Shown in pieces: positions 26,134 to 36,619 of a stretch of DNA of 64,000 bases. The stretch comes from a bacterium. Its GTDB lineage: Bacteria; Patescibacteriota; JABMPQ01; JBDRIV01. The notes under the pieces were generated by a model. That model was not told the origin of the DNA, ran no database searches, and was given only the letters and a program-made list of their open reading frames with translations. A program made the position numbers and the translations under genes. Within the stretch, counting starts at the first letter, position 1. The number at the start of each line of letters is the position of its first letter. Location of the stretch: NCBI GenBank assembly GCA_043815505.1, contig JBDRIV010000002.1:502943-566942 (forward strand), read 5' to 3'.

Positions 26134-26590
26134 AATGCTTGAGAATTAGAATTCCATTTAAATGATCAACTTCGTGTTGAATAACTCGCGCCATCATTCC
26201 TTCGGCTTTAAATTTAATTTTTTCTCCCTTTTCATTATACGCTTTAACTTTTATTTTAAATGCTCTAGTAACCGGGCAAAATAAATCAGGAACGCTCAAA
26301 CAACCCTCCTCCATGCTTTCTTTTTTGCGTGAAAACCAAACAATTCTCGGATTAACTAAAACCATATCATTATCAATGGTAGCAATTACACAGATTTTAT
26401 AAGAGACATTTATTTGCGGAGCAGCTAGTCCAACACCATCCTTGACGTGCATAGTTTTTTTCATATCGCGAATAAGTATTTTGAAATCTGAACTGGCAAA
26501 ATCACCTTTAAAATCCTGAGTTCCCTTGGTTAAAACTTCAGGTATATCTTTATAAGGTTTTTTAGTTGTAATTATTTTTCGTAACGCCAT
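26117..26590 (-). CDS. def: Peptide deformylase
   Basis: GVGLAAPQ, EGCLS, QHEVDHLNG. Confidence 0.96.
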   Translation of the reverse strand: MALRKIITTKKPYKDIPEVLTKGTQDFKGDFASSDFKILIRDMKKTMHVKDGVGLAAPQINVSYKICVIATIDNDMVLVNPRIVWFSRKKESMEEGCLSVPDLFCPVTRAFKIKVKAYNEKGEKIKFKAEGMMARVIQHEVDHLNGILILKHCDKNK

Positions 26591-28593
26591 TAAAGTGTGT
26601 CTTCTGGATCAACATCAATAATCCAGTCGTTATTTATTACCGATAATATTTTTTGTTTGCTAATTTTATCTTTTTTGCTTAGTTTAACTATTATATGATA
26701 TCGATACTTATTGCGCAACTTAGCCAGAAAACAAGGGGCCGGCCCCAACATTTCTGAATCTGTATTTTTTATAATTTCTTGAATGGATTGAACGAATATT
26801 TGTGCTTCTTTTTTAACCTTGGTAAGATCAGAATTTTCATATATAAAACGCAATAGTCGTGAATATGGAGGGTAATTAAGATCTTTTCTAATTTTTAGTT
26901 CTTGCTGAAAGAATTTTTCGTTGTTATGTTCAACTATGGCTTGGAGGGCCGGTAGTTTTAGATCGTAGGTTTGAATAATGGCCTGACCCCCTGCTTGCAA
27001 TCTTCCCGAACGACCAATAACTTGACTTATTGTTTGCCACATCCTTTCACTGGATCTAAAATCAGGAAAATTTAAGAAACTTTCTGCCAACAAGACACCA
27101 ATTAAAGAAATACTTTCAATATCCATACCTTTGGTAATCATTTGCGTGCCAATAATAATATCAACTTCCTTTTTTAATATTTTATTGTAATTCTGCTGAT
27201 AATCTTTTTTGGAAAGATTGCTATCACTATCAATTCGCAAAATGTTTTTGTCTGGCCAAAGTTTTTCGGCTGCTCTGACAACTTTTTCTGTTCCGTAACC
27301 TCGATGAGAAAGCTTTGGTGATTCGCATTTTGAGCAATATCCTAAAAAATCTTTTTGCTGTAAACAATGATGACAAACAAGTTTGTTATTTTGCTCATGA
27401 TAGGTTAATGGTAAATTACAGTTATGACAAATTTCTCGTTGCCCACAATTTTCACAAAATACCACTGGCACTAAACCGCGTCGATTAACAAAAAGTAAAA
27501 CTTGTTCATTTTTTTGTAAGGTTTTGCTAATAGAACTTTCTAGTTTGTCAGAAAATATTGAAAAGTTTTGCTTTTTTCTTTCTTCTTGCAAATCAATAAT
27601 ATCAATCTTATGTTGCTGTATTTTTTCAGTTACTCCTTTTTCTGTTTTTACAATTCTATTCGGTAGTTCTAATCTAACTGACGAACCAACTTCCGCACTA
27701 TAAATTTCTTCCAGGCTGGGAGTGGCACTGCCAAGTATTAATTTTGCTTCATATAAATTACTTAAAACTCTGGCCACATGACGAACATGGTAACGTGGCA
27801 TCATATCAAATTGCTTATAACTGTAGTCGTGTTCTTCATCAACTATAATTAAACCTAATTTTTTAACTGGAGCAAACAAAGCAGAGCGCGGACCCACAAT
27901 AATATTTTTATTGCCAGAACTAATGCTAGAAAATATTTTTCTTCTTTCTTTGGGAGTAATTTTACTATTAATTAAAGCGACCGTATCTTCACCAAAACGC
28001 TGATGAATTCTTTGTACCAACTGTGGCAATTGAGTAAATTCTGGTGTTAAAACAATTACTTGTTTTTCTTTCTTTAAAGCTTCGGTTATGAGATGAAAAT
28101 ACACTTCAGTTTTTCCTGATCCTGTAACTCCCGAAATTAAATAGGTTAATTCTTTACCAGAATTGATTCTGTTAAAAACCTCTTTTTGAGTTTTCGTCAG
28201 ATCCAAATTATTTATTTTATTTAAACTATCATCCTGACTGACAATTTTATCATTTTTATTTTTCAGCAGGGGAGGGGTCATCATCCGAATCAGTTTGTTT
28301 TCCGATTCGTGATAATACTCACTCATCCAAGTTATCAATTGCCAATGTTTATCATCAATAAATAATTCTTTGTCTCCAATTTGAAAAACTTCTTTTAGCT
28401 CACCTTTAAAGTTAGGTTTTTGATTATGAACCTTTTTTACTACTCCCGTAATTTTTTTGTTTTGAAAGGGAATAAGTACTCTTTGACCTATTTTTATACT
28501 TGTCGCTAGATTTTCTGGAACTGAATATGTAAAAGCACCCTCCCGCCCGCGAGGAATTTTTGTTAGGGGAACAATATCGGCAAAAATAGCCAT
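26590..28593 (-). CDS. priA: Primosomal protein N'
   Basis: GVTGSGKTEVY, DEEH, GSATPS, four CxxC, GTQMITKG. Confidence 0.96.
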   Translation of the reverse strand: MAIFADIVPLTKIPRGREGAFTYSVPENLATSIKIGQRVLIPFQNKKITGVVKKVHNQKPNFKGELKEVFQIGDKELFIDDKHWQLITWMSEYYHESENKLIRMMTPPLLKNKNDKIVSQDDSLNKINNLDLTKTQKEVFNRINSGKELTYLISGVTGSGKTEVYFHLITEALKKEKQVIVLTPEFTQLPQLVQRIHQRFGEDTVALINSKITPKERRKIFSSISSGNKNIIVGPRSALFAPVKKLGLIIVDEEHDYSYKQFDMMPRYHVRHVARVLSNLYEAKLILGSATPSLEEIYSAEVGSSVRLELPNRIVKTEKGVTEKIQQHKIDIIDLQEERKKQNFSIFSDKLESSISKTLQKNEQVLLFVNRRGLVPVVFCENCGQREICHNCNLPLTYHEQNNKLVCHHCLQQKDFLGYCSKCESPKLSHRGYGTEKVVRAAEKLWPDKNILRIDSDSNLSKKDYQQNYNKILKKEVDIIIGTQMITKGMDIESISLIGVLLAESFLNFPDFRSSERMWQTISQVIGRSGRLQAGGQAIIQTYDLKLPALQAIVEHNNEKFFQQELKIRKDLNYPPYSRLLRFIYENSDLTKVKKEAQIFVQSIQEIIKNTDSEMLGPAPCFLAKLRNKYRYHIIVKLSKKDKISKQKILSVINNDWIIDVDPEDTL

Positions 28594-28659
28594 TTTTCCT
28601 TTAGTTTAGGCAATTTAGTGCTTTGATTTTATCACTTCTTATGATATAATTCAATTATT

Positions 28660-29508
28660 ATGGACAATAAAGTTAATATTTTAGATATCGAAATTGATGC
28701 TCTAACTAAAGCAGAAGCCACTAAAAAGATGCGTGGTCTTATTTTTCGTGACCGTCAATCTTTGGTGACAACTCCGAATCCAGAAATGTTAGTAGCAGCG
28801 ACACGAGATAGAGAATTTAAATATATTTTAGAGAAATCCGATTTAAAAATACCTGATGGCGTGGGATTGATGTGGGCCGCTTATGTTGCTCATGAACCAC
28901 TGCCTAAAGATTTCTTTATGCGTTTTTATGTTTTGCTTTGGCGATTTATTTTAGGTGAAGTGGCAATTGTTTTTAATAAGAAACGACTGCAAAGATATTT
29001 ACCAGAACAAATTTCTGGAACTGATATGGTTTATGACATTGCCCAGATTGCTAAAGAAAATGACTTAAGTATATTTTTACTTGGTTCTTACAATAAAACT
29101 GGCGAGCGCTGTGCTAAAAAACTGCAAGAACTTTATCCCGATTTGAAAATCGCTGGTACGCATGAGGGAAACTTTTCTGAAGTGGATGATAAAAACTCTC
29201 GCCAAATTATTAATGAATCAGGTGCCAACATTTTACTCGTTGCTTATGGACATTCTCGCCAAGAAAAATGGTTGGCCAGAAATTTAGAAAAGCTTCCGCA
29301 CGTAAAAATGGGTATTGGGGTAGGCGGAGCTTTTGATTATATTTCTGGAGATATTAAAAGAGCTCCCAAATTTATGCGCCTGCTTGGTTTGGAATGGTTA
29401 TTTAGAATGATAATACAACCTTCCCGAGTTTTTAGAATCATAACTGCCACTTGGACGTTTCCCAATATGGTTGTAAAATGGAAACTACTTAACAAAAATA
29501 ATGGTTAG
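28660..29508 (+). CDS. WecB/TagA/CpsF (GT26) glycosyltransferase
   Basis: TPNPE, IPDGVG, QEKW, GVGGAFD, RAP..MR..GLEWLFR. Confidence 0.92.
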   Translation: MDNKVNILDIEIDALTKAEATKKMRGLIFRDRQSLVTTPNPEMLVAATRDREFKYILEKSDLKIPDGVGLMWAAYVAHEPLPKDFFMRFYVLLWRFILGEVAIVFNKKRLQRYLPEQISGTDMVYDIAQIAKENDLSIFLLGSYNKTGERCAKKLQELYPDLKIAGTHEGNFSEVDDKNSRQIINESGANILLVAYGHSRQEKWLARNLEKLPHVKMGIGVGGAFDYISGDIKRAPKFMRLLGLEWLFRMIIQPSRVFRIITATWTFPNMVVKWKLLNKNNG

Positions 29509-30949
29509 AGTAAGAATAGCACCATCACCAACAGGCCCACTTCACATTGGTACTGCCAGAAGTGCTCTTTTTAATTATCTTTTTGCTAAACAAAATAAAG
29601 GTAAATTTATATTACGCGTGGATGATACTGACAAAGAAAGATCAGAAGATAAATATCTGAAAAATTTAACTGTGGGATTAAAAGATTTAGGAATTACTTG
29701 GGATGAAGGAATTGAAATGGGTGGGGAATTTGGCCCGTACAAACAGTCAAAACGGGGAGAAATATATGAAAAATATTTACAGCAGTTATTAGAGGAAAAC
29801 AAAGCTTATTATTGCAACTGTTCTAAGGAAAAGCTGGATGAAGCCAGAAAAAAACAAATTGCTGAAGGTAAGGCGCAAATATATTCTGGTCTGTGTCGGG
29901 ATAAAAATATAAATAAAGAAGAATTTCCTGAATCTGTAATACGACTTAAAGTAGATGACAAAGATGTAACTTTTTCCGATTTAATCAAAGGACAACAAAC
30001 CATTGCCACCAAGGAAATTGGCGATATGGTAATTGCTAAAAGCACAAAAGAAGTTCTTTATAATTTTGCTTCAGTGGTTGATGACGAGGAAATGAAAATA
30101 TCGCATGTGATTCGCGGAGAAGATCATTTGTCCAATACACCCAAACAGATTTTAATAATGGAAGCTTTAGAATTTTCTGTTCCGCACTTTGGACATATTC
30201 CACTTATTCTCAATAAGGATAAATCGAAACTTTCTAAAAGAAAGAATAAGGTTTCTATATCTGACTATTTGCAGGAAGGTTTTCTGCCGGAGGCTCTGAT
30301 TAATTATATGGTTTTACTCGGATGGAATCCCAAAAACACAGAAGAATTTTTTACCCTTGAAGAACTTGGGAAGGAATTTAATTTAACAAAGGTTAATAAA
30401 AGTGGTGCCATTTTTGATCTAGAACGTTTAAGATTCTTTAATGCTCATTATATTAAGGAAATGAATTTAAGTAAGTTAACTGAAATGTGTTTGCCCTATT
30501 TAATTAAAAAGAAATTAATTGCCCAGCCAGATTCCATAGAAAATAATAAATTAGAAAACATTATTAAAATTGAACAATCAAGAATTGAAATTTTATCTGA
30601 AGTAGGGGACGATGTTATGTTTTTATTTTCTGACCATCTAACTTATGACCCGAGGTTCTTTCTCTGGAAAGATATGACCAAGGAAGATGTTATTCATGGC
30701 TTAGAATATATGCTAAAACTTCTTGATTCCTACGAAGAAAAAGATTTTAATAATGATTTCTTGCAGAAAAATGTTGTTGATAGATTAAAAGCAGATACAG
30801 AAAATATTGGCCAAGTTTTATGGCCTCTGCGCATTGCACTTTCTGGTCAAAAACAAAGCCCTTCTCCTTTTGAAATTATGGAAGTATACGGTAAAAAAGA
30901 ATCCCTAAAAAGAGTTACAGCTGGTATAGACCTTGCTAAAACTTTGTAA
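29501..30949 (+). CDS. gltX: Glutamate--tRNA ligase
   Basis: RIAPSPTG.LHIG, IRGEDHLSNT, KLSKR. Confidence 0.96.
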   Translation: MVRVRIAPSPTGPLHIGTARSALFNYLFAKQNKGKFILRVDDTDKERSEDKYLKNLTVGLKDLGITWDEGIEMGGEFGPYKQSKRGEIYEKYLQQLLEENKAYYCNCSKEKLDEARKKQIAEGKAQIYSGLCRDKNINKEEFPESVIRLKVDDKDVTFSDLIKGQQTIATKEIGDMVIAKSTKEVLYNFASVVDDEEMKISHVIRGEDHLSNTPKQILIMEALEFSVPHFGHIPLILNKDKSKLSKRKNKVSISDYLQEGFLPEALINYMVLLGWNPKNTEEFFTLEELGKEFNLTKVNKSGAIFDLERLRFFNAHYIKEMNLSKLTEMCLPYLIKKKLIAQPDSIENNKLENIIKIEQSRIEILSEVGDDVMFLFSDHLTYDPRFFLWKDMTKEDVIHGLEYMLKLLDSYEEKDFNNDFLQKNVVDRLKADTENIGQVLWPLRIALSGQKQSPSPFEIMEVYGKKESLKRVTAGIDLAKTL

Positions 30950-31005
30950 ATATGATATACTAATCATACTAATGGTAATAATTTGGCTAAATTAAGCCTA
31001 GAGTA

Positions 31006-32280
31006 ATGAATAAAACACAAATAAGAAGATTTGTTTCCAAAGGAGCAGTTTATTTACTCCTTATTTCGTTTGTCGTAATTCCATTCAGCCTTAAAGCTGA
31101 AGATGTTGATGAGGAGGAATTGAGCAAGCAAATCCAAAATATTAATTTGCAAATTGGCAAAAAACGCCAGGCTATTGATAATTTGAAAGAAAGCGAAGAA
31201 GAACTGCAAAAACAAGTTTCGGCTTATCAAAACGAGGCAGCTTCCTTGCAAGCGCAGATTTCAATTTTAGATTCAGAGATTTCTCAAACTGAAAGCAATA
31301 TTGAAAAAACCAAAGTAGAAATTGAAAAAATTGGTTTAGAGGTAGAATCAATTAATTTAGAAATTACTGAACAAGAAAATAGGATAGAGGAGCAAAAGGA
31401 AGTTTTGTCAGAACTTTTAAGAATTCTATATCAGCAAAGTCAAAAAGATCCTTTAGAAATATTTTTGGGTTATGATTCCTTGTCTCAAGTTTACGATCAG
31501 GAGCATTATATGGCTACCCTAGAAAGTCAAGGAAAAAAAGCTTTGGATGAAATAGAATCAATTAGACGAGAGTTGAAATGGCAGAATACGGTGTTGGCAG
31601 CGAAAAAAGAGAAACAACAAAACTTACAAGCTGAACTGGAACGCAACAAAGAAATATTAAATGAAGAATTATCTGGAAAAGATAGATTGTTAACAGAAAC
31701 CAACAACGAAGAAGCTAAATATCAAACTTTACTGGAACAAGCAAAAGCTGAGCGCGATGCAGCTGAAGCTCAGGTTTCTTCCATGGAATCACAAGTTAAT
31801 TCTATCTTGGAACAAGCCAGACAAAAGAACTTATTTGATGGTTGGACACCAACCGCTGGCACCACCGGAGTTCTAAATTGGCCCGTTGTTCCTACCAGAG
31901 GAATTTCTGCCTATTTCCATGATGAGGCCTATAGATCTTATTTTGGAGTAGATCACTACGCTATTGATATTCCCACACCTCAAGGTACACCAATTCACGC
32001 TCCTGCTGATGCGATTGTGGGCAGAACGTATGATGCTGGATATGGTTATAGTTTTATAGTTTTAATTCACAATGAACAGCTAACGACTGTTTATGGTCAC
32101 ATTTCAAGTTTTGCAGTGTCTGAAGGTCAGTTTGTGACTTCTGGTAGTGTAATAGGGTATAGTGGTGGTACTCCAGGCACCAGGGGAGCTGGTTGGAGAA
32201 CAACTGGGGCTCATTTACATTTTGAAGTTAGAATAAATGGAATTCCTAATGATCCTTTAAATTATTTACCATCATTCTAA
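31006..32280 (+). CDS. Coiled-coil M23 peptidase (EnvC/CwlO-like murein hydrolase)
   Basis: Signal peptide, long coiled coil, HYAID, TVYGH, HLHFEVR. Confidence 0.9.
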   Translation: MNKTQIRRFVSKGAVYLLLISFVVIPFSLKAEDVDEEELSKQIQNINLQIGKKRQAIDNLKESEEELQKQVSAYQNEAASLQAQISILDSEISQTESNIEKTKVEIEKIGLEVESINLEITEQENRIEEQKEVLSELLRILYQQSQKDPLEIFLGYDSLSQVYDQEHYMATLESQGKKALDEIESIRRELKWQNTVLAAKKEKQQNLQAELERNKEILNEELSGKDRLLTETNNEEAKYQTLLEQAKAERDAAEAQVSSMESQVNSILEQARQKNLFDGWTPTAGTTGVLNWPVVPTRGISAYFHDEAYRSYFGVDHYAIDIPTPQGTPIHAPADAIVGRTYDAGYGYSFIVLIHNEQLTTVYGHISSFAVSEGQFVTSGSVIGYSGGTPGTRGAGWRTTGAHLHFEVRINGIPNDPLNYLPSF

Positions 32281-32301
32281 TTTAATTTAATTTTGAATTA
32301 A

Positions 32302-32330
32302 TAAAAACACCTATAATTGGTGTTTTATTA
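32302..32330 (+). terminator. Intrinsic terminator
   Basis: AAAACACC-N7-GGTGTTTT. Confidence 0.7.
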
Positions 32331-32548
32331 TTTACCTTGTTTCAGCCCTGCTTCAGAGATACTAGGTCGTAAAAGATATATTGTGCGTCTTACTAAATTA
32401 TTCTCTCTTTAGGCCTATATCACTAATTATAATAATTTGTGACTTCTATTCCCTATAATCAATGTTTAATTACTTATTTTATCTATTAAAATAGTATTAA
32501 TACCCTTTTATTCATTTAATCACTAATTCTTGTTAGTCGTACAATTTG

Positions 32549-33688
32549 TTAGTTTTTAGCCACTTTTTGAATGATTTGGATGAGGTCTAGTACCTCTTTT
32601 TTTGTAGAAAATCGCCCAAACGATAATCTTATAGACGAATCTATTTCTTTGACTGATAATCCCATCTCTTTTAGCACATAAGATTTTTTTATTGCTCCCG
32701 CTGCACAAGCTGAACCACTACTTACTGCTAAACCAGCTCTATCCAATTTCATAGTTAGAATATCAGCTTCGGTTTTAGAAAATTGCAAATTAATTATTCC
32801 CGGTAAAGAATTATTTAAATTACCATTTAATTTATAATTAATTAATTTATTTATAATTATTTCTTTTAATTCAGAATCATGTTGGTAGTCAGATTCAAGT
32901 TCTTTTTGTAATATTTTTGCAGCTTCACCCATACCAACTACAGCTGCCGTATTCTGAGTTCCGGGCATAAGTCCCCTTTCCTGACCACCACCAAAAATCA
33001 ATGGCTCTAATTTCACGTCTTTATGTATATACAAAGCCCCAACTCCTTTGGGTCCATACATTTTGTGAGCTGATAAAGTTAGAGCATCAACTCGCAAAAC
33101 TTTAATGTCAAGTTTTATTGATCTAACTGCTTGGACAGCATCGGTATGAAATATTATTTTACTAGTTCTGGCTTCATTTATAGCTTTAATTTTTTTACCT
33201 AATCGAGCAATATTATTAATAGTTCCCGTTTCATTGTTGGCCATCATAATACTTACAAAAATTGTATTAGCTTTAATTTTCGCTAACACCTCATCAGCAG
33301 AAATTGTCCCCTCTTTGTCTGGTGAAATTAAATCCAATTCAATTAATTTATTCTTTTGCAAATTATTTACAACTTCTAATATTGAAGGATGTTCTATGCT
33401 GGAAGTTATAAAGTGAGGTTTATTATTATTTATTAAACCTGAAATTATTAAATTATTGGCAATGGTAGCGCTTGGTGTAAAAATAATTTCTCCTGCTTCC
33501 GCGTTTATCAATTTAGCCACTTGATCTCGAGCATAATCAATCGCCACTAACGCTTTTTGGCCCAAAGCATGAATAGAATTGGGATTACCGAAGTTTGTTT
33601 CTAAAAATGGTTGCATAGCTAAAAACACCCGTTTATCAAGCGGTGTAGTAGCGGCATAATCAGCGTAAATTGTCTTATTTTGGCTCAT
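32549..33688 (-). CDS. iscS: Cysteine desulfurase (IscS/NifS family)
   Basis: DYAATTP, FGNPNS, HTDAVQ, SAHKMYGPKG, SSGSAC. Confidence 0.88.
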   Translation of the reverse strand: MSQNKTIYADYAATTPLDKRVFLAMQPFLETNFGNPNSIHALGQKALVAIDYARDQVAKLINAEAGEIIFTPSATIANNLIISGLINNNKPHFITSSIEHPSILEVVNNLQKNKLIELDLISPDKEGTISADEVLAKIKANTIFVSIMMANNETGTINNIARLGKKIKAINEARTSKIIFHTDAVQAVRSIKLDIKVLRVDALTLSAHKMYGPKGVGALYIHKDVKLEPLIFGGGQERGLMPGTQNTAAVVGMGEAAKILQKELESDYQHDSELKEIIINKLINYKLNGNLNNSLPGIINLQFSKTEADILTMKLDRAGLAVSSGSACAAGAIKKSYVLKEMGLSVKEIDSSIRLSFGRFSTKKEVLDLIQIIQKVAKN

Positions 33689-33794
33689 ATTTACTTATTT
33701 TCGTGCATTTGGACTATTTGTCAACTTATCCTTGACATTTAGTCGTAATTTAAATATTATGTATAAAGTTATCAGAATTTATTAATCGAAATTT

Positions 33795-34076
33795 ATGGCA
33801 CATAGAAAAGCCGGCGGATCGACAACTCTTGGTCGCGATAGCCAATCAAAAAGATTGGGTGTTAAAGTATACGGTGGTCAAACTGTTAAAACAGGTGGGA
33901 TAATTGTTCGCCAACGAGGAACCAAATATCATCTTGGCAAAAATGTTAAAATTGGTAGTGATGATACAATTTTTGCGATGGTAAATGGAAAAGTAGAATT
34001 CAAAAAGAAAAAGGTTAAAGCCTTTAATGGTAAATTGGCTCTCCGCAATTTTGTAAGCGTTATACCATCTAAATAA
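33795..34076 (+). CDS. rpmA: 50S ribosomal protein L27
   Basis: [30 protein letters not shown]; promoter TTGACA-N17-TATTAT at 33732-33760. Confidence 0.97.
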   Translation: MAHRKAGGSTTLGRDSQSKRLGVKVYGGQTVKTGGIIVRQRGTKYHLGKNVKIGSDDTIFAMVNGKVEFKKKKVKAFNGKLALRNFVSVIPSK

Positions 34077-34112
34077 AAATTATAAACGAGAGCTCCATTT
34101 TTACTCAAACTT

Positions 34113-34150
34113 AAAAATCGAGTTGATTAATAAACTATTACTCGATTTTT
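34113..34150. terminator. Bidirectional terminator-like inverted repeat
   Basis: AAAAATCGAGT...ACTCGATTTTT between convergent rpmA and pyrG. Confidence 0.6.
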
Positions 34151-34185
34151 TGTTATTTTCAGAATTTAGTAAAACTGGTACTTGA

Positions 34186-35817
34186 TTATTTACTGGCCGC
34201 TGCTTGAATAAAATCCCTAAACAACGGGTGTGGACTTTGCGGATAGGATTGAAACTCGGGATGAAATTGTGATCCCACAAACCATTTGTGTTCTGGTATT
34301 TCAATTATTTCTACCAGATTTTTTTGACGATAAACTCCCCCAATTCTCAAACCTTTTTTAATTAATTTATCTCGATATTTATTGTTAAATTCGTAACGAT
34401 GGCGATGACGCTCTGATATTCTTTCTTTTTTGTATGCTTTATAGGCAAAAGTGTCTTTTCTAACCGCACAAGGATAAGCTCCCAATCTATTGGTGCCACC
34501 ATAGTCTTTATCTTCTAATATTTTCTTTTGTTCTTCCATAACATCAATTACCGGATGTTTGGTGCGGGGATTTATTTCAGTGGAATTGGCTCCTTTTAAT
34601 CCGGCCACGTGGCGAGCAAATTCTACAACAGCTAATTGCATGCCATAACACAATCCTAAATAAGGAATATTATTTTCACGCACAAATTTAATAGCATTTA
34701 TTTTTCCCTCAATGCCACGACTGCCATATCCTCCCGGCACAATAATTCCATCTAAATCAGCTAATTTATTAACGTTTTTTGGATTTTTCTCAAATTGTTC
34801 GGAATCAAGCCATTTTATTTTTGGCTTCACGTCATTTGCCCATGAGGCATGTTTAATAGCTTCAATGACAGAAATATATGAATCTTCTAAATCATAATCA
34901 CCAGTTTTAAAATATTTTCCTACCACGCCGATTTTAACTTCGCGACTAACACTTTTAATTTTTTTTATCAGTTTTCTCCATTCATTCAATTTTTTTCTTT
35001 CTGAACCAAGCTTTAATTTCTTTAGAATACTTTCTCCAAATTTTTGCTCATCAAAGAGTAAGGGAATTTCATAAATTGATTCAATATCGGGATTAGAAAT
35101 TACATCTTCTTCTTTAACATTACAAAAAGTAGCTATTTTTTCAATTCTTTTTTTGTCCAATGATCTTTCACTTCGTCCCACCACAAAATCTGGCTGAATG
35201 CCGGCCGCATTTAATGTACGTACAGAATTTTGCACTGGTTTGGTTTTCATTTCTCCAGCTGTCTGCGGAATTGGCAAATAAGAAACATGTACATTTAAAA
35301 CATTTTCTGGTATATCGCGTTTCATCATACGATCGGCTTCCAAAAATAAGATATTTTGATATTCGCCTACCGTACCGCCAATTTCTATCATAACAATATT
35401 AGCCCGGGCAACTTTGCCGGCCAATTTTATTCTTCTTATAATTTCTTCGGGAACATGGGGAACAACTTCCACATCTTCACCCTCGTATTCAAAATTACGT
35501 TCTTTTCGAATTACTTCTTGATAAATTTGGCCGGTAGTAACATAATTGTGCCAATCGGTATCAACATTTATAAATCTTTCATAATTACCTAGATCCTGAT
35601 CCGTTTCTACGCCATCCTTGGTTACAAAAACTTCTCCATGCTCGGTTGGTCGCATAGTACCTGCGTCAATGTTGACATACATATCACATTTGACACAAGC
35701 TACGCGATGTCCCTTGCTTTGGAGAACTTTAGCGATGGAAGCAGTCGTAATGCCTTTTCCTAATGAGGAGATGACACCACCTGTTACAAAAATGTATTTT
35801 GTTTGCGCTTTGACCAT
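34186..35817 (-). CDS. pyrG: CTP synthase
   Basis: GGVISSLGKG, EHGEVFV, KTKPVQ, GLCYGMQ, ERHRHRYE, QFHPE. Confidence 0.98.
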   Translation of the reverse strand: MVKAQTKYIFVTGGVISSLGKGITTASIAKVLQSKGHRVACVKCDMYVNIDAGTMRPTEHGEVFVTKDGVETDQDLGNYERFINVDTDWHNYVTTGQIYQEVIRKERNFEYEGEDVEVVPHVPEEIIRRIKLAGKVARANIVMIEIGGTVGEYQNILFLEADRMMKRDIPENVLNVHVSYLPIPQTAGEMKTKPVQNSVRTLNAAGIQPDFVVGRSERSLDKKRIEKIATFCNVKEEDVISNPDIESIYEIPLLFDEQKFGESILKKLKLGSERKKLNEWRKLIKKIKSVSREVKIGVVGKYFKTGDYDLEDSYISVIEAIKHASWANDVKPKIKWLDSEQFEKNPKNVNKLADLDGIIVPGGYGSRGIEGKINAIKFVRENNIPYLGLCYGMQLAVVEFARHVAGLKGANSTEINPRTKHPVIDVMEEQKKILEDKDYGGTNRLGAYPCAVRKDTFAYKAYKKERISERHRHRYEFNNKYRDKLIKKGLRIGGVYRQKNLVEIIEIPEHKWFVGSQFHPEFQSYPQSPHPLFRDFIQAAASK

Positions 35818-35853
35818 AATTTTAAAAAGTGGGCTTAAAAAGCCCTTTTTTGA

Positions 35854-36300
35854 TTATTTTGCTTTTACTACGAGCGGCACTTTAATTTCTTTGTCTTTAT
35901 CAATAATAAATGTAATTTTGTAGGAACCTATTTTTTTAATAGCAGCAAATTTCTTTATATTTTTTTCTGTTACTTCAATATTATTATTGCTTTTCAAATA
36001 TTTTATAATTTCTTTAGCAGTAATGGCGCCAAATAATTTATCATCTTCATTTACTTTTTCTTCCATATCTATTTTTACATCTTTGAGGCTGGCTTGTAAA
36101 TCTTTTTTACCCGCTTCAGCTTTAGCTTTTTCCTGATCAATTTTTTTAGCCAACATTTTATAATTATTTCTTACACCTGGTGTTAATACTTCGGCTAAGC
36201 CATTAGGAATCAAATAATTTTGAGCATAACCACGAGAGACATCTTTAATGTCTCCCCTGTTTCCTAATGTTTCAATATTTTTGGTTAAAACTACTTTCAT
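35854..36300 (-). CDS. rplI: 50S ribosomal protein L9
   Basis: MKVVL..LG..GDI.DVSRGYAQNYLIP.GLA, KLFGAIT. Confidence 0.95.
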   Translation of the reverse strand: MKVVLTKNIETLGNRGDIKDVSRGYAQNYLIPNGLAEVLTPGVRNNYKMLAKKIDQEKAKAEAGKKDLQASLKDVKIDMEEKVNEDDKLFGAITAKEIIKYLKSNNNIEVTEKNIKKFAAIKKIGSYKITFIIDKDKEIKVPLVVKAK

Positions 36301-36343
36301 AAAATAATTATTTAGCTTAAGTATAATGATTTGCCTTAACTTG

Positions 36344-36619
36344 TCAATATTTTATTGTAAAATCTGAGTAATTTTCAGCTTTATTTATTTCTGCTTTTTC
36401 AATATTTTCAACCTCGGCTAATTTACTCCCCTGTCTACACTTTTTGATTAGCTTATCTAAGCTCTTTTCTTCTCCAGAAGCTATAATCTCAACTGATCCG
36501 TCCGCCAGATTCTTCACATATCCCTTAATATTTAATTTATTTGCTTTTTCCCAAACAAAATTTCTGAAACAGACTCCTTGAACTCTGCCTAAGATTTTCA
36601 TACGAATTACTTTGTTCAT
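36344..36619 (-). CDS. acyP: Acylphosphatase
   Basis: GRVQGVCFR, GYVKNLADGSVE. Confidence 0.93.
   Translation of the reverse strand: MNKVIRMKILGRVQGVCFRNFVWEKANKLNIKGYVKNLADGSVEIIASGEEKSLDKLIKKCRQGSKLAEVENIEKAEINKAENYSDFTIKY

Noticed and set aside
32335-32460. 6S RNA call
   Set aside because: The ends do not form the closing stem expected for 6S; kept only as an unexplained segment
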